From Yuukianura sp. NJ FZ-2021 (Eukaryota), in the NCBI GenBank assembly GCA_046563655.1, contig CM102285.1:5022001-5086000 (forward strand): a stretch of 64,000 nt of DNA. Direction: 5' to 3'. The notes under the pieces are model-generated. The model was not told where the DNA came from and made no database searches. It saw nothing but the letters and a program-made list of their open reading frames with translations. The translations under genes were made by a program, and so were the position numbers. The stretch's first letter is position 1; the number at the start of each line of letters is the position of its first letter. Of this stretch, positions 23,501 through 35,418 are shown one piece after another.

Positions 23501-26171
23501 TAAAAGTTACTTTGACTGAAATACCAACTTCTCCAATATGAAAGAAATATTTCAGGTTTCAGTGAAAAATGAAAAAATCTAAGGAAAGAAAACTAAGATC
23601 CATGCATTCATGCAATGGAATAAACGTTTTTAGCTGCTTAATTTATATCACTGATAAATTGAAATATTTCAATGAAAATTCCTTTAACTTTCTTTCAATT
23701 TGTTTTGGCGAAATGAAAAAAAAACGCAGATGAAATGTTCAGTTTTTTTTCAATTCTTTCCGTTCTCAAATTTTCAATTTATTTCAGTTTTTTTTCAGTC
23801 AAATGAGAAAAACCTCTAAACACTGAATACAACACTGGGAGATGATAAACATTGATTTTACAGTCGCGCCCCGCAGTGTTCGAACCACCAATAGTCTTTC
23901 GTTTATTTCTTTGGGGTTTGCAGCATTTGCATTTTTTTTGAAATTTTATTATTTTTTCTTATTCCGCTCTCCAGGAAAAAAGGAAGAAAAATGACAAAGA
24001 TACACGTGTACATACTATACATATTTATTTTGAAAAATTTGAAAAAAAAATTTGTGCTTTAAAATTTCTAAAAACTTCATTTACTTTACCGTACAGGGCC
24101 ATGGAATGTGAATGGATTCAAAAACTGGACGGATAAATTCTTATCCCTGATTAAGGAACGCATGGGTACAGCTACGAGCGGTGAACCTACACATGATATT
24201 AGATCTAACCTTATGGCTGTGGTGCCAGACAAAAGGAAGGCATTATTTAACAAATTAACTATGCACAAGAAACACAAGTAAGTTGATTGGGCATACGGGT
24301 GATTGTTCACGAAAAAGTAGACAACAAAACCGGTTCAATGGATTTTCTAGACGGAACCCGTAAATTTACTTGAAGCACTTAGGTCATCGTTGGGTCAAAC
24401 GAAAGAGCTAGTCGATTTTTGTCATGGGGCAAGAGGATTTTTAATATTTTGTCAAAAATCTCCTAGCTTTTTCGTTTGACACAACGATGACCTAAGTGCT
24501 TCAAGTAAATTTCGTAATGTGTAAACATCACGGGTTCCGTCTAGTTGAATCAGAAACATATTGTGGAGGCTGGAGGGGGCAGGCCCCCCCAGACCCCCCC
24601 CCCCTGAGTTTGAGTTGAGAGTGAGACTTGAGATGGAATTTTTGGAAGTCTGTGCTTGGAGAAGAAGTAATGTAAAAGGAACACCCCAGGATCGTTCCAC
24701 TCTTCCAAGCAGACAGTTTTTTGTACGTATAGTTTGCATTAGCATGGGATTTCCAATTGTGACGGAGGGACACTCGTCAATTAGAGTATGATTGGCATGT
24801 TTTTAGTGGGAGATTTACAAAAAAAATTTAAATAAAAAAACCTTTTCTTGTTATTTGTTGATGCTTACGTTTTCATGAACAACGCTGTAATTCAGGCATG
24901 TTGAACATAATTCGCGCGGAAACCTAAAAAAACCTTATTCATATTTCAGGGAAATGGTTGTGGCCGATCTAGAAAGTCAGATAGAACTGAAAAAGAAAAA
25001 CCTCGCTTCCGTTTCAACAGGCGTCTCATCATTCCTGTCGTTGCGTTGTTCCGATTTCTCAAATATGAGTGAGGAAGCTATCAGACAGTTAGTTTCAGAT
25101 CCAACCAACACGGAGTTGGAAGGTGGTATAGATTCCTTTACAGAATCAAGTAAGAAAATCAAATGTTGTTTTATATTTTCCTCTTTTCGGATTAAGGCTT
25201 TCCGTTATCGATTGATTTTTGAAAATTATACAGATATGGATTTATATGAAACGGACAATGATGAACAATGGTTAAAAAATTACCCATTCATTTACGAAAA
25301 CCGAAGATATGCACCAAGTTACTGCTTGCAAGTATTGAAGGAGTTGGACGCACAAATACCCGCGTGTGAATCAATGCTGGTTGACGAAATTGAGAAGCGC
25401 AAAAAGTTCATGGTAATCAGTTTGAAATGTTTGGGAATATCTGAGAAGTCGTGATATACGATTTGCAATTTTCAGGGGAAATAATAGATCTGTATTATTG
25501 CATCCGCATAATGGCTTACATTTTCTTGTAAATGTTAACGTTTTTCGTATCGTAACTTTTTCGTAACTAACTAATTTGAGAAACGCATTGATAAATATCC
25601 TACCAGTTCCATAATGGCGAACAAAATATGTGGTTACTTTAGGCAGAGTAGCGAAATTTTTTTTCTAGCATTTAAAACTCGTTATGTGACGTTATAGATA
25701 TAAATAATTAAACGCAATTACTAATTAGGATTTGATGATAAATTTAAAAAAATTACGTCTACGTCAAATTAATATTCATAAAACAATTAAACTTCAAACG
25801 TATTAGATATTTTACGTGCTACTGTCAAAGATTACACGCGCGTTTAAATCAATTTTGCTATATAACTATTTATCTAGGTGGACGGACGTCGGAGAGCTCA
25901 TGATTACACGGAATTCATTAATACTTTTCTCTCCATGCTTGCTGAGCGAGAACTTTTTACTGAAATTGCAGAGCCGTTCCTCGCATGCTCGTTGGGGAAA
26001 ATTTCGACCAGGTAAACTGCAAGACTCCTACTTACTTACAAACGTATTTTGAAAACTATTTACCACCTTTTGGTACAACATTTTAGCAACCAACGGCAGC
26101 ATTACACACAAGACGGGTCGACACAGAAGAGGCGAAATGGTAAAATTGGAAAATGTCGAAAGAAAAAGTAG
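8593..26171 (+). CDS. BAP1: Ubiquitin C-terminal hydrolase BAP1/calypso (PR-DUB catalytic subunit)
   Basis: Exons 8593-8650, 16024-16241, 21775-21900, 21976-22189, 24097-24277, 24950-25149, 25234-25412, 25878-26011 and 26087-26171 join in frame (464 aa). Motifs: [33 protein letters not shown] (Cys), EAFHFVS (His), YELDGLK (Asp), [19 protein letters not shown]...[10 protein letters not shown] and a basic C-terminal tail. Confidence 0.95.
9853..10714 (+). mobile_element. HINE/DINE-1-like non-autonomous Helentron, copy 1
   Basis: 5' short inverted repeat (AGTCTTC...GAAGACT), (GTCC)n microsatellite, 3' subterminal CCAGAAGAC, 3' hairpin ATGCTCAAcccTTGAGCAT, and a TT insertion site. Confidence 0.75.
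10713..13414. repeat. Tandem satellite, ~322-bp unit, ~8.3 copies
   Basis: GAGCTTCATCGGCATGC recurs at about 10731, 11052, 11371, 11695, 12014, 12341, 12663, 12987 and 13310. Confidence 0.97.
13497..14554 (+). mobile_element. HINE/DINE-1-like element, copy 2
   Basis: Same termini, GTCC repeat and 3' hairpin as copy 1. Confidence 0.75.
14558..15328 (+). mobile_element. HINE/DINE-1-like element, copy 3, in tandem with copy 2
   Basis: Same termini, joined to copy 2 through TTT. An inverted 3' fragment also lies at ~15616-15697. Confidence 0.75.
16790..17484. mobile_element. Degenerate palindromic MITE-like element
   Basis: Inverted pairs TAGGCTGGTTA.AAACCA / TGGTTTATAACCAGCCTA and AACGTTAAAGGGTCGCTCA / TGAGCGACCCTTTAACGTT. 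Confidence 0.6.
17695..20133 (-). mobile_element. Full-length DD41D (rosa/Visitor-type) Tc1/mariner transposon
   Basis: Perfect 29-bp TIRs TCGTAGTGGGCATATTAAGTTCCCGAGTT with a TA duplication on both sides. Confidence 0.93.
18015..19164 (-). pseudogene. DD41D transposase with one frameshift near 18600
   Basis: HTH N-terminus ([10 protein letters not shown]), VFTDEA, QQDGA and [17 protein letters not shown] counted 41 residues between the 2nd and 3rd Asp. The sequence is split over two overlapping ORFs. Confidence 0.9.
20727..21383. mobile_element. Non-autonomous pogo derivative sharing TIRs with 6449-7640
   Basis: TA|TCGTATTTTCCCTAATATTACACC ... GTGTACTATTAGGGAAAATACGG|TA. Confidence 0.85.
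21043..21283. mobile_element. hAT-like MITE nested inside the pogo derivative
   Basis: Termini TAGAGTTGCTG / CAGCAACACTG and near-8-bp flanking repeat GGCAT(AT)ACT / GGCATACT. Family copies lie at 56241-56630 and, as a fragment, at ~8250-8354. Confidence 0.7.
22351..23534. mobile_element. MITE with ~50-bp TIRs and 3-bp AAT duplication (PIF/Harbinger-like)
   Basis: AAT|GGAGAAGTTGGTATTTCAGTCAAAGTAACTTTTACTTGTACT ... AGTACAAGTAAAAGTTACTTTGACTGAAATACCAACTTCTCC|AAT. Confidence 0.85.
24347..24544. repeat. Short hairpin-forming inverted repeat (MITE-like) in a BAP1 intron
   Basis: CTAGACGGAACCCG...AATTTACTTGAAGCACTTAGGTCATCGTTG is inverted ~60 bp downstream. Confidence 0.7.
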
Positions 26172-28073
26172 CTGGTTACGCGGCAAGCCTTGCTACGGAT
26201 TTGCTTTACAACGAAGAGATACCTCAAGTATTGTTTCTACTGTTCCTAGTATTTTTAAGTGTACACCTGGTTAGATTATCGTTTCTTCGGTAGTGAAACT
26301 TTTTTTGCAAGTTTTTTGGTCAAAAGTTTTGAAAATATTTTTTCCCCTCTTTTTTCATGTTTTATGATGTCTCAAACGTTTTTGCAACGCTTGGAGCAAA
26401 ACAAATTTTTACGCCACGCGTCCCCCTTCCCATTTTTTTTTGAGAATCGGGACTCGAAGATTTTATAAATGTCCAGAAGCTGAACCCTGACAACTTCAAA
26501 AATTACCCCTCTGAAAGTTGTTCAGAAGCATCAGAGGAGTATTTTTTTGCCCTATGGACTATGATCATACGACTACTCGTCGAAGTCAAGGAAATTTGGG
26601 GAAATATTTACGTTGACCTCTGAACTCAAGGAGTGGCCGTCAAAACACGTTTACAGTGCTAGTGCTAGTGGTATAATTGCCGGCAGATACTATTAGAAAT
26701 TATTTTCGATTATCGCTGCCCAAGAGAGTTGTCAAGGCGATTTTCTACGTTTTTCTCTAGACTAGAGGGGGAATAAGGCTTGATTTTAACAAAATTTTTG
26801 AAACCATTTTTGAAGAGATTTGAAGGGACGCAATCGGTTTTTTTTGCTGCGTAAAACTGCGTTGACACATCAATCGCTAATTTTAATTTAAACTATCATT
26901 TGTATCTTGTTTTCAAAATTGTTGAATAAATTTATCTCGCATGCCTCCAGCTGCGATTCCAAGTTTCACGCAAGACGTGTAACCTCCATTCTCACACAAG
27001 CTACCATTACTACATATCAGTACAAGCTACGAAGTAGAAGAGAACAGTTGCTGCTGACTTGAAAAAGAAGACGGAATCCGTATGTGAAAACTAGGTGAAC
27101 GGGAAACATTATTTAATGATCTAATAGACTTGATAACAATTGGTAAACTTAAATAACGTAGAAAAATATTGTAACTTTTCTCGGCAATATAAGGTTGGCT
27201 CGAGGTTGTGTATTAGGGATTTTGGATTTTGGAAAGGATTTGAATGCCTTGACTAATTTTGAACAGTCGTGGTTTCCCTTACACAAAGATAGATATATTC
27301 CGAATATACAGTTAGCTAAATGAGTACACCCAAAAATCAGTAATTTGTTTGATTTCACTATGGAGGGCAAACGAGTGAAATAACGCAATTTTCGAAAAGT
27401 CCATCATAATGGAAACTAAATTTTCAAAATTTGAGTTAGTTTTCCTATCGTGTTTACCTAAGTTTTAACTCGTTTTTATGGAAGCAAAATAGAGGTGTAC
27501 TCTTTTAGCTGGGCCTCACTGTATATTATGCTACTTTACTTTTCACTACGGCAGCAATAATTTTAATCAACGATCAGGGTAGACCTATTGGAAGCGCTAT
27601 TGTTGAGGTATTGTTGAAGCGCCCTTGGTTGCAGGATAATTTGTTCAAAACAAGTTTCAAAAAGTCTCACAACAATCAGGCTTATTTCCCTTCTAGTCTT
27701 CGACGAATTAAAATTCTCTGCGCTGCGCTCTTAGGGTGTGCCCATTTGCCGCAGCACGTCTCGGCTGCTTGAGTCTGCTCGTGGATTGTTTTTCTTTGAG
27801 GCTTTAAGGTAGTGGCCGCTTAAGTTTTCAAATCTAGAGGTCGACCTCTTCGCTTGTGGGTTTGCAAGGTTCCAGCGACCGCTAAATCGTCTTTCTGCCG
27901 CCGCATTTCTATCCGCCGACATTTTCAGTTGTAGCAGTGCAGATGTAAACTCCAATGGCTAGGAAAGGCACCCTTTTTCTTCTTGTCAGGACGGAGGCGT
28001 TGCGTTTTTGAGGGCAAATCTTTTTCAAATTGTCCATAAACTTCTTTTCATAGTTGTCATGACAGCTCTCAAT

Positions 28074-30128
28074 TATGAGGGGAGAAAACCCGCAATATTC
28101 CTCGACAGATTTACATCTGGATTTCCTGATGTGTGAAATTTCACACATCTGGAAATACAAAAATACAACTGAAATCCAGATGTGTGAAATTAAAAACATC
28201 TCAAATTACGAAAACACAACAGGAATTCTGATGTGTGAAATTTGAGATGTGCGAAACCAAAACCGCACCAGAAATCCTAACGCTTCGGTTTGAGATGTAT
28301 CTCGCCTCATATGTTTTTTCTGATGTGCGAAAGTCTCGCGACGTCTCGATTTCTCATGTCTGAATTCAGATGTGTTTTTGTGCACAGTTGGTTGAAGTAA
28401 ACCAAGAGTGCATCAGGTGCAACCACGAGGGATATCATAAGTCCATACCAATCCAACTTGTTACCACTCGTTTGCTAACAGTTTACTTAATTATATTAGC
28501 ACCTTATATTAACCAATTAATAATAAACGCCTATTACATTCACACTTCTTGAATCTTCATTATCGGTAGATAATGGCATGTAACGCCCTACGACGCTAAA
28601 CAACTGAAAAACACAACTGGAGCAAACACTGCCGCTCCGCACCAGACTACTCTCTGAGTCCGCAGACTCTCAGACCCAAATGACCCCAAACAATCACCAC
28701 TGCTCACAACTACATCGGCGAATAAATGTATGAAATATATTTATTCGTCGAGAATAAAATATATACAACAAAACCTCCGTCTCACGCAGAGACCAAAAAC
28801 CGACTAACTAAAACCTAAACTGAATCTCTCCTCTCTCTCTCTCTACCTCGCCACATCTCAAATCTCCCGCGGCTCATCTCCGCATCTCTCCCTAGCCTAA
28901 CTAATCGCCGGAGTAGCAGACGCCAACACATTCCTCTCCAGATGATGGGTGTCGAGCCTGACGACCATGGCCGACATCCATCAGCGACAACTCCCAAGGC
29001 GACTGCGACTCTCGAATCTCTGCAACTCCGTGGCCATCATCCTCATCTATGGACATCAGCGGAGTCTTCATCATGGTAATCGTCAACCGCAGCATCCGAT
29101 TCCCCCGAGCGCTCCATCCAAAACGTCAGGCACTTCCACATTCTTTTTGTCACTCACTAAATCACTTTTCATTTGAATGGAAGTTGTCAAGACAACTCCC
29201 TTTGTACCCACATCATCACATTCACTTTTCAAATTCATGCTCGGCAAAATTCTTGCTAAAAAACTAAGTCCACTACACTGCCACAAACTTTCAGCACCTC
29301 CTTCCTTCACTTTACGGGACAGTGAGACCCTCGGCTGAACTTGTAGACAATGAGCACAACTCAAACACAAATAAGCGGAGGCTAATAAATTGACTCCCAT
29401 TAAGTGCTACAGATTCTGAGTTCCACCTTCCTTCACTTTACGGAACAGTGAGACCCACGACTCAGAACATGTGCACAGAAAACCACTGCACTTCACCCAA
29501 CTTATAACCAATAATTTCACATCATCACATTTGCACAAACTTGTAACTTTTTCAACTTTTAAATTTTGAGGGAATGGGACCCCGAACAACACAATGCATT
29601 TAGCACAAGAAATGCTGCGAGCCAGCAATGCCAGGACAACGATCTTCATTTCAATTTTAAATTCACTTCCAACTTCTTCTTTCTTCTCAATTAGTACCGC
29701 AGCACTATAACACTCACTTTTTAAAACTTGAGTAACGCCGCACTTCAGCACTGCCGGGCTGACGTTCTCTATAATTTTAACACTTAGCACTAACACTTTC
29801 CGTAAAAGCTCACACTTTGGAGCTTGAGCAACGCTGCGAGCCTCGCCGATTGTGGCTGGGACAACGTTCTCTGTCTTGGTAACTTTCATACCGAAGACTT
29901 TCTGATACATCTTAATCGAGACGTTAGGATTTCTGTTGCGGTTTTGGTTTCGCACACCTCAAATTTCACATCAGAATTCCTGTTGTGTTTTCGTAATTTG
30001 AGATGTGTTTAATTTCACACATCTGGTTGTCAGTTGTGTTTTTGTATTTCCAGATGTGTGAAATTTCACTCGTCAGGAAATCCAGACGTAAATCTATCGA
30101 GCAATATTGCGGGTTTTCTCCGCTCATA
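28074..30128. mobile_element. Non-autonomous element with ~210-bp TIRs and 6-bp TSD (CTCAAT)
   Basis: 28074-28282 is the reverse complement of 29922-30128. CTCAAT occurs at 28068-28073 and 30129-30134. Confidence 0.85.
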
Positions 30129-31499
30129 CTCAATGACATCGTTTATACGTTGAGTGATGACGTTGTGAGGGAAATAAAACATATATCGAAATGAGTTTGA
30201 TGCGCATTTGAACTACATGAATCCCAGCCACCACAGAAGTAGCACTTTCCCGCCAAATCACAAATTGTCCCGGTTTGTGAGCGGTAACTACTGATGCGTT
30301 TCCCAAAGTGCGCAGTAGTAAGAAACAGAAAATGAAATGCATTTTCTCAGTTTTGACTTTTGAGTGGGTGGCGCACGAATATTAATTCTTTTCTTATAAA
30401 AATGATCTGGGAAAAAACTGTTTGTTTGTTTTTTGGACAAATTTCGTTTACTATGTTCGCATAAAAACTGATCGTCTAAATCCCAGCAGTTTTCGTTTTC
30501 TTAGACAAGTTTCTCTATTCGCGGCCTTGGTTAGTATTTCGGCTGGTTGTACGCTGTCAGGAGAGTGATGTTACGTGACTGCTTTTTTTTGTTTATAAAA
30601 TTGCGTATGTAGTGATGGCGGATGACAATTTGCTTTGTTTTGTCTTGATATTCGGGGTTTGTGACAAGTTTAATGGTAAGCTTTTAGTCAGTTTGGACGA
30701 TAACTGGCTGATTGAGTTTGACCACATTCAGCCAAAACGTGTCTTGCGCAGATAGAATATTTTATAGCATGAGAGTGAGCAATGTACTCTACTTCAATGC
30801 CTTATAATGCAATGCACGTTTGTCTTCTTTTAGGCAGATAATGGGTGCATCATTTATGCTGCAGAGACAACCCAGTGGTTGACTTCCTTATGTTGATATT
30901 TGAGCCGTAATCTCCGTCAATTTAACCATACAATGTCAAAGGCTGTTGTTTTCTGCGTTCTTTGGACAACTTTGCCTTTCAGGTATCTTAGTATGTTTCT
31001 AGCGGCTTCACAATGATCTTTGTCATAGGCGCCGAAAAAGTGTAGTAAATAGTGAACATTGTATGCTTAAATCAAACCATAACATTTATATCGGTTCCGT
31101 CTTGTTTCGGCATCGAACAGCGTAAACCTGACTTAAAGTTCCGTAATTCGGTAGTTTTATAAATAATCGCTCGTATTCCAAACTTTTGCGTTGAGGTTCG
31201 ATTTTGGCAAACATTTTTGTGTACACGGTACGAACCATACATTCATTGGTTCAAATTTTATTACGATTTGTTGTTTCGGGACAAATATTGAACTCTGACC
31301 GATATTGAGGTAGATTTCATTACTCATAATTTAATCTAACCTATCAATCCTTACCGCTCAACAAGCACTGCTCCAGATTCGAAGAACCCCACTTTCTAGT
31401 TGTTCAAAAAAATTTTCATCAACCCTTCAGGTCACCGCTTCGTTTTTTAAGAACTTTCACGCAGTAGGTTTGGCGCTTCAGCAGGTATTTTGCTAGTTG

Positions 31500-33800
31500 A
31501 GGCGTGTTGAATCAATGATTGCAAACTATGCGATGAAGTCTAGAATTTGACCTACCTGTCGCGATTGTTCGGAGGAATTTTAGCTTCAGTGACGAGATGG
31601 AGGCAACGAAGGATATCCAGATACCTAAAGAAAAATTTTTTTATTATGTTACTTTACGGCATCCTGTTGATTTATTTAGTTGATTTACATATTTCTTGCT
31701 TTGACTTCAGAAAGCAGTCTCCAGTATTTAATTTTTTGACCAGTGCAAAATGTTTTACCAGAACTTGTATTTGGTATCCGCGGCAGTTCACAACTTTTAC
31801 ATAAAAGTTGTATTTGTTCTTCAGGAGATTTCAAAATATGCAACATTTGTTGTATCTGGTTAGGATCCTGGTGTCTTCAAGCTGATTTCGGGAATTGGTT
31901 CCTTTAGGATGGAAGCACGTGCACAAATCGCAGTATCCTTTTCGATTTCAAATTGGATGATTGACTTAGTAAAACCCCTAGTTGGGCTAGTGCGTTAATT
32001 CATGACTGTCTAACACAACTAGAAACAAAGTATTTGTGTAAATTGTTCTTTAGATGTTCCTGAATATCATAATTGTTTCTGTATTTTGCATTTCTCAAGT
32101 GACCACGTACTTCGGTCAAGCGAAATCGTCAAGCCAGTTATGCTTTTAAAAAAGTGGATGTGCCGAGGTTTCCCTGTAGCAAACTCGGATTGTGCTGGCA
32201 GAGTTTGATTTATTACAATTTCAAAATTTGCCCTTATTTCTTACAGATAACATAAGCTCAAATCAACAATATTATCGTGATATTTTGCAACATTTTTGTC
32301 GTACGAGCAATGTCGTCAAACTTTTATAGCTCAGGGTGCAGTTTTTTGCCAGGATTGTTTTTTTTCGACCATGCACAGTTTTGGTGGCTGTTTCAGGAAT
32401 TTGAAAGTTTAAAGCAATAGAGTCGTCACATATTGTAGAGGTAACATTATCTATGAGAAAGTTATCCGCCTCACAATCATTTCCAACATCGTGAGTTGGA
32501 GTTACTTACCAAAATGACTCGAATTGGAAAGGCAAGTTCTCAATGTCGCAAAGAGATAAAGTATACGTTTCCTCACCAGCGTCCTTGCAGCCTGGAGTCA
32601 GTGTATGCCTACAGTTGAGTAAAGCCTGTCAAGCAGTGGTGAGCAAAGGGTAATCCCAATTACAATTTCGCCTATACACCACCATGTCTATTGCAGTTTC
32701 TTTAATCAAACTGAGTGTTGTCTCAGTGATTTTTAACTTGTCAACCCTGTTGTTGCAATTTAGTGGCAGTTTAAGCAATAGAAATTAATTCTGGAAAACT
32801 TGGGATTATGCAAAAGAATAACCGCGTATGCTTTGCTCCCTTCGGGAAGAAACTTACATAGAGTACAAACGTGAACTTGGCCTAGTGTTTGCGAATTAAC
32901 AAAATAAAATACATTTGGCGCACAACGTTCAGCAAGTAGCGATAAGACCAATGAGAATGTTTGCTTCCAGATCTGCGACAGTCAGCTTTGCATCTTTCAT
33001 AGGCATTTAATGTACGTCAACAGAGGTAAAGCTTCCTCTGATTCCAAAATACTACGGGAGACGCCTAATGGTGTACCACAGTCATTAGCAGTGGAATTGT
33101 AGTAATCTGAAATGCTAATGGCCAAGTCTGGGCAGACTAGTTGTACCGCAATCGAGAAACAGATGCCATTTGTTTTTTCAAATCACACGTTCCATTTTGT
33201 AGGCCCGGGAACCGCCAAACCAAAAGTCCACGATTCGTCCAACAAGACAACCCCTTGAAAGGACAAGGATCTTGCAAGTCTGGAAGTGAAGCTGCTCGAA
33301 CGTATCCTGAATAAGGATCATGTTCCATTGGCACCAGAGTGATAGAGTAGTTAATAATTCGAACCCCCCATGGTTCCTTGTTGCCAAATTGTGCGTCATT
33401 CGTTACTAGATAATTGCGAGTGGATAAAGTTGTTTCATTGTGAATCGACATAGGGTAGCCATCTGGATCGGTCCGTGTTAAGTGCATATGAATGCATTTA
33501 CTTGTTGTCAAAGCTTGTGGAAAGAAAGTCAAACTGTTTGTTTTTGGTCGGTTCGTATTAAAGTTTTTTCACTTCGAGAACACAATAGTAGCTTTGTACA
33601 TATATATTAGGGGAGACGCCCACTCCAAAGAACCACGGAAATCATTGCGGAGTCTTTCAAATCATATGGACAGCTCTCAGGCCTTGTCCGCAGCATGCCC
33701 AACGTCCATATGCGTGTGCCATTCGTTGGAGTCAATAACTCAGGAATTTGAGTTAGATCCGTCAAACAAGCATAATGGTCAAAAGTGGTCGTAACCAAAC
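31500..33800 (-). pseudogene. Degenerate cysteine-containing viral envelope/glycoprotein-like ORF (possible class III fusogen)
   Basis: ORF pieces 33607-33798 and 33137-33532 (LTTSKCIHM...INYSITLVPMEHDPYSGYV...DPCPFKGLSCWTNRGLLVW) continue after a frameshift as LVCPDLAISI...NDCG. It has several N-glycosylation sequons. The lower boundary is approximate. Confidence 0.45.
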
Positions 33801-34698
33801 GGATCTCCGCGATGACAACCGTATTTTAAAAATATCTCATGTTCCAAAAATCGTGAGTCAATGTATTGTGTGACCAAATCCCCCCCCCCTAGACGTTTTT
33901 TTTCTGCACTTTTGTGCAGCTTTTTATATTTGGTTTTTGGCCCATGCTCACTGTAGGTTTAGATGCTTAATTAGTGTTTAAAAATAATTTTAAAAAATAT
34001 TTTGCGGTTTTGTGGTTTGAGTTCAAGTACCTACCTGAAAATGAGAGATGAAATGAAGAAGTTACATTGTGAAAAAAATTCATAACTGTCTAGCCGTCTC
34101 TGGAAAACATGAATCAGAGAATGAGATCGTCATTTTCTCATGCACTCTGAAAGTGCAACTAGGTCATGTTTACATTTGTGACATAAAGGTCATGTTTGTT
34201 TTTACTAGCACTCACAGAGATGTTACTACTGTTCGCTAACTAATGAATCATTATTACACATTATCGTTCACCACCTATTCGTTTCAAACTGCACTACATC
34301 ACGTTCACAGCAACTTGCGCGTATGCCTGTTCCCTATCGCTCGGACGCTGTGATACCCAAATCGGTTCTATAAAGAGATTGTGATCACAGCACGGGTACC
34401 TCGGTGCAACAGCTCTGGTTACTTGATAGTCATCGATACCGGAATCGTTCAAATGCTTCCTTTATCATTCAAATTTATTGTTAAATTCAATGCACTGATG
34501 TACTGATCTTCCGCTTCTTCGCCACGCATCAATTCTATGCCAAACGTCCACTTAAATTGACAAAATGTTAGTCAGTTACGCATATCAGAAATAGTTAACA
34601 TCATTTACCTAAACTTAGAGTTTCTTAATTTCTTACCCATGTGATGGCTGTGTAGACAACAAGCAGAGGCTCGGCACCCATTATTGGCATTTTCGACT

Positions 34699-35418
34699 TT
34701 ATAGAAAACAGCATGAGCTTCCTATTGATGGTGCGTGGGAGTCTGCGCAACCATGCTTCTCGAATCGACAATCAATTACAACGCAAGGCAATTGTATAAT
34801 TTTCGGCAACTGCAAAAAGTGGTTGAACTTTGCCATCATCCTTTTTTCAAACTCTGCTTTTTTGGTCATGTGAACGATTTCATTCGAGGGAGTTTGCTCC
34901 CAGCAACCCTCCAGAATGTCGACCAATGACATATTCTTCTGCAACTCACGCTTCATGAACTGTTTCAAAAACATTCGGTATTTACAAATTGTTATTTCTA
35001 CAACTAACTGCTCTCTACGCAGCATTATTCTCACTGCATCGTTGATACAAGGCTTTGTGAAGTTTGACATTGTCATGTTCACATAAGACTCGGCCTTGCT
35101 TAACTCTTTTTGCATCGTCAACGCCAATTTTTGAAATGTAATGTACTCATACTGGTCGTTCATGCTGATGTCAACACCCCTGTCGTCTTCCAGCATCCGG
35201 TGAATGACGGCAACTGGCTTTAGGAGAAACGTAACAGGCGTACCCGTGTAGTTGTTACTGATGTCCTCCTTTCCTTTGTTCACGACGTCTACAACACCTG
35301 CGTGGGTGTGCACACTAGATGGGTTATGAAAGTCTGTGAACAGTTTGATATCGAATACGCGCGAGGCTGATTCAGTTTTAGCCCGTACTCCGCCTGAAGC
35401 CCCCGCAGCAGTTGACAC
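34699..35418 (-). CDS. Orphan ORF of 239 aa with a Cys/His-rich C-terminus, unknown function
   Basis: Long ORF in otherwise stop-rich DNA, ending CVVIDCRFEKHGCADSH...CC. A possible splice donor lies at ~34637. Confidence 0.4.
   Translation of the reverse strand: MSTAAGASGGVRAKTESASRVFDIKLFTDFHNPSSVHTHAGVVDVVNKGKEDISNNYTGTPVTFLLKPVAVIHRMLEDDRGVDISMNDQYEYITFQKLALTMQKELSKAESYVNMTMSNFTKPCINDAVRIMLRREQLVVEITICKYRMFLKQFMKRELQKNMSLVDILEGCWEQTPSNEIVHMTKKAEFEKRMMAKFNHFLQLPKIIQLPCVVIDCRFEKHGCADSHAPSIGSSCCFL

Noticed and set aside
27909..30194. Mirror-image ORFs 27909-28199 and 30003-30194, and ORF 29407-29955
   Set aside because: They arise from TIRs or low-complexity interior sequence and have no recognisable domain.
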